From the NCBI GenBank assembly GCA_964016885.1, contig OZ024741.1:291400001-291464000 (forward strand): a DNA stretch of 64,000 bases, read 5' to 3'. A program made the position numbers and the translations under genes. This document shows positions 39,853 through 53,675 of the stretch, one piece after another. The number at the start of each line of letters is the position of its first letter. Within the stretch, counting starts at the first letter, position 1. The stretch comes from Eledone cirrhosa (Eukaryota). The notes under the pieces are model-generated. The model was given only the letters and a program-made list of their open reading frames with translations, had not been told where the DNA came from and did not search any database.

Positions 39853-40172
39853 ACATACATACATACATACATACATACATACATGCATACATACATACAT
39901 ACATACATACATACATACATACATACATACATACATACATACATACAAATGTGAGAATCACAATATCTCAGAATTGGTCTATGGGTGATTAATGTGTTCT
40001 CCCTGGTTGAAAGGACGGCTGAATACTGCCAAATGAAAACATGTCAACCGCTTTATTTACTACTATATTGGCATGTAGCAGTATTTACATATATTAACAT
40101 ATATGTATGCAATTTTATAAGTATGTATGTGTGTGTGAAGATAAGCATATATGTATGAGTGTGTATTATATA

Positions 40173-40244
<72 letters not shown>

Positions 40245-40259
40245 TGTGTGTGTATATAT

Positions 40260-40495
40260 ATATAATATTATTTATATATGTTCATACGCGGAACAAAAGC
40301 GCTACTCAAGGTTTCAAGGTCCAAATTTGACCATACCTCATGTTTCTGGAAGGTATGGTCAAATTTGAACCTTGAAACCTTCGGTAGCGCTTTTATTCTG
40401 TGTATGAACATATATAAATAACATAATCATTCTTGTTTCTTCCCGATTGAGCACTGTTTTCCTTTTTCCTTTTCACATCTACAGATATTGCTATA
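40260..40495. mobile_element. Fold-back element (family F), ~75-bp arms, with truncated hammerhead halves
   Basis: 40267-40340 pairs with 40350-40423; right arm reads ggtc-aaattt-gaacctt-GAAA-cc-ttc-gg-TA (stem III plus GUA), the CUGANGA box is broken at the inversion point. Confidence 0.65.
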
Positions 40496-40536
40496 TTATA
40501 TATATATATATTCGGCTACATTATATATATATATAA

Positions 40537-40714
40537 TTGGCAGTATCGGTAGAGAGTCGGACGCCATGCTTTCTAGCATAGTTACGTCTCTTTACAGTCT
40601 GAGTTCAAATCCCGCCGAGGTTAACTTTGCCTTTCATCCTTACGGGGTCGATAAAATAAAGTACCAGTAATGTACTGGGGAATTTGCTGGCCTTGTGCCT
40701 AAAGTAGAAACAAT

Positions 40715-40717
<3 letters not shown>
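40537..40717 (+). mobile_element. Major SINE copy
   Basis: Complete head-core-tail inserted in TA-rich tract. Confidence 0.9.
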
Positions 40718-40746
<29 letters not shown>

Positions 40747-41435
40747 CACATATATATATATATATATATATATATTGGTAAACGGAAAAGAAAATGCTGA
40801 CAAATTGTTCACAGTGAAAAATAGTTTAATTAGGAATAAGTGAGAATTAGTAATAGTATTGGTTAGTATTCAGTTTTGGTTTTAACTTTTACCGGTTGCG
40901 CATTTCTAATGTTTTTCAAAAATAATTTTGAGATAGAGCGTCCGTGATGTTTGCTCTAATCTGATTACTTTTGGAAATTCTACCTGTTTTTATGTTAAAA
41001 AAGTGGCTCCAGCGGTATTAAAATAAGTTTTGCGCCAATTTGTGTTGCAAAAATTCTTGTGGTCAAAACAATTTTGATTGGTCGGTAGAGGTCATATGAA
41101 TGTTAAAAATTGATTTTGCGCCAAATGTAGGTTTGTGTCGGCTGATTGAGAAGTCACTGAAAAATAAGTCTTTCAAAACAAATATGTTTGTGTGTGTGTG
41201 TAGTAGTGGTAAAGAGGTTCGTTGTTGTGATAATGGTCAGCAGGGATGTGTGTGCGAACCGCAGCCTGTTGACAGTTCAAATGCCTATTAAGACACGTGT
41301 GTGTATGTGTGTGTGTGTGTGTGTGTAGCAGAGTAATTCGTGGTAGAGGGATGGTCAGTAGGAATGTGTCTGTAAGTGTGTGGGGGATATTTTAACATGT
41401 TAAAAGATATTTTTCAGCTCTTGTCATATACGGAG

Positions 41436-41487
<52 letters not shown>

Positions 41488-41854
41488 ATGTGTGTTTGTG
41501 TGTGTGTGTGTGTGTGTTTGTGTGTGTGTATATATGTCTCTTTGTATGTTAATGTACGCGTGTGTATGTGTGTGTGTATATATGTGCGTGTGTGCGCATA
41601 CACGTGTGTGTATGTGTGTGTGTGAGAATGTGTGTGTGTATGTGTGGGTGGACCAGTAATTATTTTTGTGGTACTGGTGTACATTATTCGATATTTTCTG
41701 TAAAATCGATTCTCTCAATAGAACATCAAAAACTTTAATAATAAAAGGTTTGAAATGATATATAGTATTGGCATAATACCAAGGTGTGTGTGAGTTTGTC
41801 CAGATTGTACGTACTGCAAGGGGAATCCATTAGGCCTTGCCGTATTGGAATACC

Positions 41855-42003
41855 TGTGTACAAATATATATCTGGAGTGTGTCCAGAAACTGTATACCTG
41901 TGTACAAATTGTATACTTGTGTAAAAAATTGTACACATGTATCTGGAGTTTGTCCAGAAATTGTATACTTGTGTACAAATATGTATCTGGAGTGTGTCCA
42001 GAT
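41855..42003. repeat. Minisatellite of tgtacaaat / tatctggagtgtgtccaga modules
   Basis: Three ctggagt.tgtccag units interleaved with aattgtatacttgtgta units. Confidence 0.7.
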
Positions 42004-42051
42004 ATATATATTTATATATATATTTATATATATATAAATATATTTATATAT

Positions 42052-42100
<49 letters not shown>

Positions 42101-42142
42101 TTCCAAATATTAACAAAACAGATATTCTTGTGATCAATTAAA

Positions 42143-42205
42143 TTTTATTATACATATTTCAGAGGTACTGAATTAAGTTCAACAGTACGTCCTCATCAGA
42201 TAAAA
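42143..42205 (-). ncRNA. Type I hammerhead ribozyme, intact core (family E)
   Basis: Minus: ttttat-CTGATGA-ggacgtactg-ttgaacttaatt-cagtacctct-GAAA-tatgta-TA-ataaaa. Confidence 0.85.
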
Positions 42206-42313
42206 TAAAATGATACATGACATACCCTGACATGGTAGATGGTTAAGATTTAATAACTACCCTGATTAAATCTTAACCATCTCCCATGTCAGGGTATGTC
42301 ATGTATCATTTTA

Positions 42314-42376
42314 TTTTATCTGATGAGGACGTACTGTTGAACTTAATTCAGTACCTCTGAAACATGTATAATAAAA
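42314..42376 (+). ncRNA. Type I hammerhead ribozyme (family E), one change in stem III
   Basis: ttttat-CTGATGA-ggacgtactg...cagtacctct-GAAA-catgta-TA-ataaaa. Confidence 0.8.
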
Positions 42377-42520
42377 TTTAATTGATCACAACAAGAATAT
42401 CTGTTTTGTTAATATTTGGAATTAATGTTAATAACTCTGGAAACTATTTTACTTGTAGAGTGCTTCCAATCCATTGTAAAACTCATTCTTTGATGTACTC
42501 ATTGAATCTTGTTTAACTCT

Positions 42521-42563
<43 letters not shown>

Positions 42564-42696
42564 GTCGGCACATACGTATGCACTGGCCTAAATTTATTAT
42601 TTACCTTTACTTTTTTAATAACCTCTGTCATTTTCTTTTACAATTTTATTTACATCATTCTTAAACTCGGGAGCTGGAAATCATTCGGTTATTCTA

Positions 42697-42990
42697 AATA
42701 GAATATTAGTCTAATAATTCCCTTTATACCATAATCGTTTTTTTGTCTTTGCGTGAAATTGTTCTCAACGCTCCACATAACGAAGTAATTATCTTCGCTT
42801 TTTTTCGTTCATTGTCAGAGAACGTCTTCACGAACCAAAGTATCGCCTGCTGTTTTCCTTCGGTTGTAACGTTTTTCGAAAAATATTTACTTCTGTGTCC
42901 ACAGATTGATTTTTTGTTTTGTTTCAGAATATCCCGTTAAGGGTGAAAGCACCGATTCTTTGCTTAAACTTTAATCTGTTCTTATAATAT
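42697..42990 (+). mobile_element. Family-D pseudo-LTR, older copy; HHR-like fold at 42901-42979 (core CAGAATA)
   Basis: cacgaaccaaagtatcg...cccgttaagggtgaaagc...taaactttaatctgtt shared with 16310-16456; ends at (TA)n. Confidence 0.8.
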
Positions 42991-44453
42991 ATTAATATAT
43001 ATATATATATATATAAATATATATATACATATATGTATGTATGTATATATGTTAGCCGCCACTTTTTTTACAGAATACAACCATCTCTTCAATGAATTTC
43101 CTCCACCGCCAACTGCAGGTTGCTGGCCAGTTTGATGACTGAACAGGCATTTTTTAGGTCACCTTTTCTAGACCCTTCCCATGTAGTATGGGTAAGCAGT
43201 GCGTCCTCAAAGAGAGCTGATCAGTTGCTCATGACTCCCCAGAAGCATGCTGCTGTTCAACTTAACAGTGCAGTGATGTTAGGATAAAACTCCAACTGCC
43301 CACATGTAGATTTGTGACTATGTACTTCTAACCGGTCGAGTCTGCACACGTTGCCACTCATTCACCACTGTGGGACTTCTGAAGAAATATCTTCATATAA
43401 AGATGGCAATGCTACGTGCTTATGCTATACACATAGCACCACTCCACCCCACAGCTGTGTCCAGTGACAAGCCAAAGTAAGATAAGAGGACACTTACGAG
43501 GATAGCATGTATTATTGTCATTAAGTTTATCCTCGCCAGAGGGTGTAGCCGTACTCACTACCCTTGACGAATTGCAGGTTGGTGAGACTATTTAACCCAT
43601 AGTTAGGTGGCCTTAACTCTATGGATTTCATCCGCCCTTTGGCAGCTCTTGCTTTTATATTGCTGAGTTTCCATTTATCCCCCTCATAAAACCAGTGTGT
43701 GGCGGGAGAGCCGGTTTAGTCGCTGACCATCCGGCCATGAAGCAGGTTGTACTGGGTTACATGGTAGCAGTAGCAGGCAGCGACCTGACCTCAAATCTAT
43801 TCATAACGTATCTATTGGCATCTATCATAATGCCCATTGTTCTTAAAATAAAAGTTATTAAAATATATTAAATATTTCATAACATTATTTTTTAAAATGT
43901 ATCTAGAATATCTAAATACAGAAAATAATAAAGAAAATAATAGAAAAGTGTACTCTACAAAAATTATAAAACATTTACAGAACTTCAGTATATACAATGA
44001 TTTTAACTTTTTTTCTTTGAAGCATATATGAAGAGTTTGTGGGGGCTTGCTTCTCTTGAACAACCTACATTCAATTGACAATGTGGGAAAGAGCAGTCGT
44101 CTAGATGGAGACCGACAACTTGCAGTGTTTCAACTTGTTAATGATTATTGCGCAAATGATTCCCACTGGAAATTGCAACCATTTGAAACGAAAGAGGACA
44201 TTTTTTTGTATTAGCGGTATTCTATATATAAATATGATGTCTCCCATAATATATCCAGTGAGGAGTTTGGCTTTGATAATATGTGCAATCATGGTTGATT
44301 CACGTTTCTTAGAAGCATGATGTATGTGTCCATTTTCAATTCAAGGTTGTGTGGTAGCATACAGGATGGCAAGCGAACTCTCCATGCCAAGGCGCACAGT
44401 GGAAGTATTGAGTACACTGGTGAGTAATGGTCTAACAGTTTTTTACTGCATCC

Positions 44454-44507
<54 letters not shown>

Positions 44508-44676
44508 TCAGGTTATCAATAATGTAGTGATAATATATATTTGCTATCGAATACTTGCTAACATTATATGATTACGCAAGCAGCGATACATAGGTATTCG
44601 GTCTGTTACAGAAACATATGTCAATACCTAATAAATTCCTTTTTTAACAAAAGCACTTTCATTTTATATTCATCCT

Positions 44677-44730
<54 letters not shown>

Positions 44731-44799
44731 GTTTGTATATGTATAATAAAGCCAAAACAATGCAGGTATGGACATAGAATAAAGAATGCAATTGCAAAA

Positions 44800-47115
44800 G
44801 ATATTGTTGACAATTAGTCTTTTACTTTAGATTTATTTAAATATCCTTAATTTTTGAGATAATATCTTTTCTTCGGAGGGAAATAAAGCGGTTAAACCAC
44901 TGTTCTAAATAGCTTGCCAAGTCATGCTGACAGGAAATGGTATAGAGTATCTGTTTTATCTCTAATGTCAAAGAGTTAAGGTTAGGTGGATAAAGAGTAG
45001 TCTCCCTTTAAAAGTTTTTTTCTGTACATGCCTGTTTAAGTGTATGGGAGAATGTGTGAGGTGTAAGCATGTGAGTGTGAGAAGATATGTCTATACGTAA
45101 ATGTGGGGGATAGATGTTATCTCGTGTTAGAACTGGTCTTTGTGTGTGTATGTGTGTGTGTGAGCGATAATAAGTGGAGGTGTAAGCGTGTGTGTGTGTG
45201 CGTGTGTGCGTGCGTGTGTGAGTGCGTGTGTGTGTGAGTGTGTGTGGGGAGGGGGGGGGGTAAATATGGGGCTAGATACTCTATCAAGTTATAAATTGAG
45301 TGTTGAGTTCTTGTCTATTATTGATTGGTGGTTGTGTTTTGTCTATTATTAGTGTTTCCTTAATTCTAAGATTGCCGAGGTTTCTTTCCTTAGTTTCTAT
45401 CCTAACTGTTATGGTTTTGTCCGTGTTTTTGCATTTAACTAGGTGTTTCTTAAATGAGGAAGCGTTATTATTGAGGTGTTCTTTTATTCTTATGTGGAGT
45501 GGTCTGGTGGTGCTACCTACGTAGAAGTTGATGCATTTGTCGCACTCTAGTCTGTATACGACGTAAGCCTGGTGGCATAGGTCTGTGTCGTTGATGGGGC
45601 AGTTGGCTAGCCTGCAGCGGTTGTCATGTCTGGTGGAGTGTCTTTTGGTTAGCTGTCCGCGTAGAGAATGACCTGAGCGGGCCAGTTGGATATCTAGTCC
45701 CTCTCGTCTGATAGCTCTGCGGATGGCTGTTGTTGTTTCGTCACTGAAGTGTGGGAGCTTCAGGAAGCAAGTGTTAGTGCCTCGGGTGTGGTGTCCTCTG
45801 TTCTTTCAGGCACGGTTTGTGGTGGATGTCGTGTATCCGTTCAGTTTGAGTACTTCCAGGAAATGTGTGGCGTGTGTGTCTCGGTCTCTAGCGGTCGGTG
45901 CATTTGTTCCGGATACGTGTTAGTTCGTTCCTTATGTATCCGAACTTAGCGCTGGCTGGGAGGGCCGATCTGAAATGTACGAACAGCTCTCTACTGGCGG
46001 TTTTTTTATAGAAGCAAGTGTGGATGTTGCATTCCTCTGTTACCCTCAGTTGGAAGTCCAGTAGGGATAGGGATCCGTGGTCATCGGGGAGTTCCATGCT
46101 GAACTTTATACTGGCGTCCATGCTGGAGAATGTTGTGTATATTTTATCCTCCTCCTCACGGAATGATGTAAGGATGAGTATGTGATCTACATATCGGGTG
46201 AAGAATGTATGGGAATGGCAGGTGTTGACGGCTCGGCATTCTAGCTGGTTCATATAGGTGATGGCCAGCAGGCCCGATAGGCTGGATTCCATGCGTAATT
46301 CTGTTGTCTGTCTGTATGTGTGGTGGTGGAAGGTGAAGTACGTGTTGTCCACTGTGAAGGACAAAAGCTGGTATATGTCCGTCGGAAGGAGGCCGTAGAA
46401 GTGGATGTCCTCTGCGACCCCGCAGTCCGTCAATAAATCCACAGCTGGATGAGCAGGGACTGTAGTGTAGAGGGAACAACGTCGAGGCTAAAAGCGTATT
46501 TATTTAGTTTAAGTTGTTCTGGCTGGAGTTGGTGTAGTGTACGTATGACTTCGTCCGAGCTAGTAACGTGCCCGGGAAAGGTGGAGAGCAGAGGCTTGAG
46601 AACCTGGGAGAGGAGCCAGGAAATTTTGTATAGGGGTCCTTCTATGCTAGAGACGATGGGTCTTATTTCTGTCTTAGACTATTCTTGTGGGTCTTGATGA
46701 GGTGGTAGAAAGTGGGCAGTCTGCTATTTCTAGTGGTGTAGTTGAGCTTAACTTTATTTGGGAGTTGTCTTCTCTTACAGATGTCGAACCAGATGGAGTT
46801 GGTCTGCTTTTCGATCTGGGCTTTCAGTCATGTCCGGGATCTCTGAATATGGTTCATTGTCGCTTAGGTGTTCAAAGGCTAGGTTGTTGTATGTGGCTTG
46901 AGAGATGACGCAAAACTCTTTACCTTTGTCGGATGGTAAGTATATAAGTTCCCTATTCCGTAGATTCTTCAGGGCGAGTTGCTGTGTACTGGAGAGGTTT
47001 GGGGCTATCTTCTTCTGTTTCCGTAAGATGTTAAATACGGAATGTTTTAGCCTTGAGAGTTTTTTCAAGCTCGCGGTTGGCAGGCGGTGAACAGAGTGAA
47101 CGATCCCACTTCCTC
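44800..47115 (-). mobile_element. Second Penelope-like element (different clade), decayed, RT + GIY-YIG
   Basis: Minus: NLS..Q.LALKNL...IYLPSDKG; TYFTF..HTYRQ...LRMESSLS; RYVDH; LSLLD; VVYRLECDKCINFYVGSTTRPLHIRIKEH (~45480-45565); possible decayed HHR (CCGAAGA..agat/atct..AAAA) at ~44845-44880. Confidence 0.85.
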
Positions 47116-47117
47116 CA

Positions 47118-47165
<48 letters not shown>

Positions 47166-47174
47166 AAATATATG

Positions 47175-47208
<34 letters not shown>

Positions 47209-47214
47209 TTTACA

Positions 47215-47282
<68 letters not shown>

Positions 47283-47288
47283 TTTACA

Positions 47289-47350
<62 letters not shown>

Positions 47351-47351
47351 C

Positions 47352-47401
<50 letters not shown>

Positions 47402-47420
47402 ATATGTACATATATATATG

Positions 47421-48176
<756 letters not shown>

Positions 48177-48178
48177 TT

Positions 48179-48232
<54 letters not shown>

Positions 48233-48244
48233 TTTACATATATT

Positions 48245-48338
<94 letters not shown>

Positions 48339-48339
<1 letters not shown>

Positions 48340-48954
48340 TGTCTACAAATGTAAGGTTGTAACACCCACGTCCCGTAGGGCCTACATAGGGTTAACGGCC
48401 AATAGATTCAGGCAGCGTCTTTACATGCATTCCCATTCTTTTCGTTACCCTCTAAGAAGGAATATGACGTCACTTTCAGCTTATATCTGGAGTCTGAAAG
48501 ACAACCACATCCAATATAAATTACACTGGGAGATCCTAGCTAGATCGTATAACGGAAATAAAAGACCATGTGACCTCTGCGCCGCTGAGGCCCTGGAAAT
48601 ACTCTACGCCACAGACCACAACTTAAACAAAAAATCTGAGGCAATTTCGGCTTGTAAACATAAATTGCACAAAACTTTCCTGTATTACAGCCCCACGTTA
48701 TACCCTAACGGATAGTACGACCTATACGTGGATATTTTACGTCTTGATGTGGGAGCTAAGTATATGTTTTGTTTATACCATTACTTATTTGCATAGCGAA
48801 CGTTTCCACGAACCAAAGTATCGTCTTCCTGTCTTCCCCCGGTTGCAACGTTTTTTGAAATATCCACTTCTGCGTTTACAGATTGACTTTGTTAGCTTCA
48901 GGTTGAAAGGTTGAAAGCAGCGATTCTTTGCTTAAACTTTGATCTGTTATTTTA

Positions 48955-48960
<6 letters not shown>
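48339..48960 (+). mobile_element. 5'-truncated copy of the 14.4-16.5 kb PLE (GIY-YIG end + pseudo-LTR)
   Basis: Nearly identical to 15835-16470; 6-bp deletion in gctagggctaga; the HHR core/stem II is replaced by a ggttgaaa duplication; (TA)n on both sides. Confidence 0.92.
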
Positions 48961-49023
<63 letters not shown>

Positions 49024-49035
49024 TATATATATAAA

Positions 49036-49178
<143 letters not shown>

Positions 49179-49234
49179 ATACATATATACATATATACAT
49201 ATATACATATTTTTATATATATATATATACATAT

Positions 49235-49322
<88 letters not shown>

Positions 49323-49890
49323 GCATACTTACATAGAACCATACATAATTTAATGAGTATTTACACATACAAACATATATATACATATATTTGACTATAT
49401 ATTTTGCTTGAATAACTCAAGAGAGTGTGCATGTTGTTTTTTACTTTTTGTTGTTCATTCGTTTGTCCAAATATCCAATTATTTATCAATTATATTTCTC
49501 TACCCAACTACCTAACTAATTTTTACAATCTACAAAAAGAGAAGGGAGCGATTCATTGACATAAACAGAATATTGCTACAAATACAAAGGCGATCATTTC
49601 TGGGGGGCGAGAAATGTTAGGATTGCATTTATAGAGATACAAAAAATACTTGGTGTCAGAATGGAAATGATTTTATTTGAGAGGAAAGAATGGACTTTAA
49701 AATGCGCGTTTGTGAGTGAGTGTGTGTGGATGTGTGGATGTATTTGTATGTATGCGAGTCTGTGAATGTATGTATGTATATATATATATATATGTATATG
49801 CATATATATATGTATGTGTGTATATATGTATGTCTGTAAATATATATATATATATATTTTATATATTATGTGTATTGATATACTATATAT

Positions 49891-49925
<35 letters not shown>

Positions 49926-50055
49926 ACAAATATAATGAATTCTTGAATGAGATGTCGATAGCCTGGCTAATTAGTAACCAGTGAGGCAAATCTACGATAA
50001 AAATTTAATCGCACATATACAACATATTTTATTGAAACATATAATTAGTCTCTCC

Positions 50056-50148
<93 letters not shown>

Positions 50149-50189
50149 AGATGAAACAAAACATACACAAGGATGCAAAAATACACAGT

Positions 50190-50650
50190 TATATTAGGTT
50201 CACACTTGGAGGAAATGATGTAGGGATCGACGTCTTGGACAGAAGTCCTTCATCGGGAAAGTTCTGAAAAATAGAGAATAGGGATGTATATGAAATTGGC
50301 TGTGAAAGTAAGGATAGGAAGTTAGGAAAAGTGTGTTGGGAGACGACTGATTGGTTGGGGGTGGTATGTGAAAGGTCAGGCATTGGGAATGGGAGCTGAA
50401 GTGGTGGGGGGAACCAAGGGTGTCATGAGTGTGGTAGTCTGTGTGCTGAAGGGATGAAATTGGTAGGCCCTGCGTAAAAGCTTTCAAAATTATATGATGA
50501 GCATTCAATAATCCGACTCCTTAATTTATAGGTTTCTCAATGTTTATCTGAGAAGTCCGTGGCCAAAGGAATCACACCATATGGTTGAATAACTACAAGT
50601 TACATGTGAATGGTTTCGAACGCGCTACGAGTGAAGCACGTATAACGATA
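50190..50650 (-). mobile_element. Possible old PLE 3' remnant with decayed HHR at ~50225-50260
   Basis: Minus: LFNHMV and SRIIECS peptide hints, then CCGATGA-a-ggac-ttct-gtcc-AAGA-cgtcg. Confidence 0.4.
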
Positions 50651-50742
50651 ATATACTTTTCTGTATTTTCCCCTCTTTCTCTATTTGTTTCCCTTTCTCT
50701 CTTCTCTCTCTCTCACTCTCTCTCTATCTCTCTATCTCCCTC

Positions 50743-50789
<47 letters not shown>

Positions 50790-50817
50790 GGGGGGGGGGG
50801 TTGCGCGTGTAATAGAA

Positions 50818-50833
50818 AGATAGATAGATAGAC

Positions 50834-50910
<77 letters not shown>

Positions 50911-50921
50911 GATAGATAGAC

Positions 50922-50966
<45 letters not shown>

Positions 50967-50980
50967 GATAGATAGATAAA
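50818..50980. repeat. (GATA)n tetranucleotide tract
   Basis: About 160 bp of taga repeats with few interruptions. Confidence 0.95.
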
Positions 50981-51245
50981 TTTCTTTATTTGCAACAAGG
51001 GCGCAAAAAGATGGGGACAAATACAAATACATACATATAGTGGGGAGTTTACATACAGGCGTGTAAAGAAAAAAGAATTAATAACAATAATATTAAATTT
51101 AACAATCGAAATCCCCAATTGGGACGGAGGCGTTACACATGGCTTGTACACACCCCGAAAAAATGTACAACCCTCATCTCCAGGAGCACGAAGAGTAAGT
51201 GCTCCTTTCCTCTCTTCCTCTTTTTCCTCAACCTACAGGCTTATA
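50979..51245 (-). mobile_element. Tx1/L1-like LINE 3' UTR, copy 3
   Basis: tttctttatttgcaacaagggcgca...aaatcccca..tcaacctacagg homologous to the 3' ends of the two neighbouring copies. Confidence 0.75.
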
Positions 51246-51249
51246 TATA

Positions 51250-52280
51250 GACATATTTCTTTATTTGCCACAAGGGCGCACAAGAATAGGGGACAAAACA
51301 AGGACACATATCGCGGATTTTACATACAATCGTGTAAAAATATTGAAACAAACAAATTTAACAATTGAAATCCCCAATAGGCGGGAGGCGCCACAAATGG
51401 GTTGTTTAATACCCGTCTTCAGGAGCGTGTTGTGCAAGGGCTCCTTTCTTACTTTTGATCTCTTCTTCAACCTAGATGTTTATATACAGAGAAGACCCAA
51501 TCACTCGGGCCATTTTTGCTACATTCACCCACCTTACAATAAATTTACTGGGGTGCAGTGCCTCTCTCTCCACTCTGATTCTCCTTCTAAAGTGATACCT
51601 AAAGAAGGGAAAGAGTTGCTGTCCGGAGAGAAAGGCATCTGTCCTCAGTCCTCTCAATCTCGTCCACCATATAACATCTTTCACCATAGCCTCTATACAG
51701 AGGAAAACCGCCTCTCTTTCGTTTTTGAAAGAAGTTGGCGGTTTGATCCTTACTATGGACTCGGCAGTCAACTGGATTTGTCCTATACGCGACAGCAGTT
51801 GTTCTGCGTAGTTCCACAGCTCGGTTACGCCCGGGAAGTGTACAATTGCGTGCAAGACGGTTTCAGTGTCCTGCTCGCATCTTGGACACGTCTTCTTGGG
51901 AGGATCCCTGCCGGGGCGTCCGTGCCAGTAGAACTTGTCTCGAACTGGTAGAGCTCCTCTGGAAGTTGTCCATAGGTCCCGGGCGGCAAGTTCTATCAAA
52001 CAGACTGGTGAGTTCGTCGTCTTCGACGCCTAGAGTCTATCCGAGCACGTCGTCGCCATTGTGACGTACTAACCCTCTATAGAATGTCGAAGTGGAGTCT
52101 CCACTGGTTGCTATGCCCGCTTGACAGAGGACTGTGAGCGCCTGAGCGCATTCAATGTGCCAGGTTCCCATCTTCTTCGGTCTCCGCTTGACCTAGGACT
52201 GCAGCTCCGTCAGCGAGACAAGTTGCGGGAAGGCTTGTCTCACAAACGGTGCCCACACGGGTTGGTCGGTGAGGAATAGC
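51250..52280 (-). mobile_element. Tx1/L1-like LINE 3' part, copy 2
   Basis: RGALPVRDK....CPRCEQDTETVLHAI (zf-RVT-type C-terminal zinc motif), VIWWTR. Confidence 0.8.
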
Positions 52281-52306
52281 TGGATAGATAGATAGATAGA
52301 TAGATA

Positions 52307-53270
52307 TTTGTCTTTATTTGCCACAGGGGCGTACAAAAATGGAACATTACAAGACGTGACGGCGGGGGTTTTACATAAAAATAACTTTAGCATTAATAAA
52401 TAAAAATAAACTATATATAATAAAATAACAACTGAAATCCCCAGTAGGGGGAACGTTACTGCAGGGTTGTTTTACACCCCGTGGATAGAACAACCCTCAA
52501 CACCAGGAACACGTTTTGTAGGTGTTCCTGTCTTCCCTCTGTTTATCTTCCTCAACCTACAGGTTTATATAAAGAGAAGGCCCATTCACTCGGGCCATTT
52601 TTGCCACATTCACCCACCTTTCGGCGAATTTACTGGGGTGTAGCACCTCTCTCTCCACTCGCATCTTCCTTCTGAAGTGATACTTAAAGAAAGGGATAAG
52701 TTGTTGTCCGGAGAGAAAGGTGTTTTCCCTCAGTCCTTTTAACCTCGTCCACCATATTACCTCTTTCGCCATAGCCACCAGACAGAGGAAAACCGCCTCT
52801 CCTTCGTTCTTAAATGAAGGCGGCGGGGTGATCCTCACGATGGACTCGGCTGACAACTGGATGCGTCCACACGTGACAGCAGCTGTTCGACATAATTCCA
52901 CAGGTCGATCACCCCTGGGCACTGAACAATTGCGTACAGAACGGTTTCGATGTCCTGCTCGCATCTTGGGCAGGTCGTTTTGGCAGGATCTGTGCCAGGG
53001 CGTCCGTGCCTGTAGATTGTGTCTCGAACTGGTAGAGCTCCTCGGTAGCACTGCCAGGCCAGACACCTCTGGAAGTTATCCATAGGCCCTTGACGGAATG
53101 TCCCCCCGAACAGACTGGTCAGTTCGTCCTCCTCGATGCCTAGTGTTTCCCCGAGAACATCGTCGCACTTATCCTCCACTAATCCCCTATAGAATGTCGA
53201 AGTGGAGTCTCAAGTGATTGCCGTTTCCGCGTGGTAGAGGGCTGTGAGCGCCTGTAGGCACTCGAGATAG
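52307..53270 (-). mobile_element. Tx1/L1-like LINE 3' part, copy 1
   Basis: LAWQCYRGALPVRD...CPRCEQDIETVLYAIVQCP...LW; AKEVIWWTR; 3' end runs into (GATA)n at 52283-52306. Confidence 0.8.
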
Positions 53271-53427
53271 ATATCAAGCATCACAGACCACGAAAACTAC
53301 AAGTATACAGGGTGAAGTCGATATATATCACATCGACTTTAGGGCGAAAGGGAGGTAAATGTACGCAACGGAAATAGCAAACAGTGTTAACTAGAACAAA
53401 GGTCGAAATTTGCAGGGTAGAGCTCCC

Positions 53428-53675
53428 AGAAGAAGAAGAAGAAGAAGAAGAAGAAGAAGAAGAAGAAGAAGAAGAAGAAGAAGAAGAAGAAGAAGAAGAA
53501 GAAGAAGAAGAAAAGGTGAAGAAGAAGAAGGGGAGGAGAAGGTGAAGAAGAAGAAGAAGAAGAAGAAGAAGAAGAAGAAGAAGAGGAGGAGGAGGAGGAG
53601 GAGGAGGAGGAGGAGGAGGAGGAGGAGGAGGAGAAGAAGAAGAAGAAGAAGAAGAAGAAGAAGAAGAAGAAGAAG
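53428..53675. repeat. Compound (GAA)n/(GGA)n polypurine tract
   Basis: About 250 bp purine run interrupted only by two T. Confidence 0.95.

Larger units (their letters stand above)
42095..42525. mobile_element. Compact family-E fold-back: ~160-bp near-perfect arms, ~11-nt loop, ~100-bp tail
   Basis: 42095-42254 reverse-complements 42265-42427; the tail 42427-42525 matches 26345-26428 in reverse; (TA)n both sides. Confidence 0.9.

Noticed and set aside
40750-41850. Possible decayed PLE RT on the minus strand
   Set aside because: Only faint motif echoes; needs BLASTX.
43050-44450. Higher-GC unique stretch, possibly an old LINE 5' region or host exon
   Set aside because: No recognisable motif or supported frame; left unassigned.
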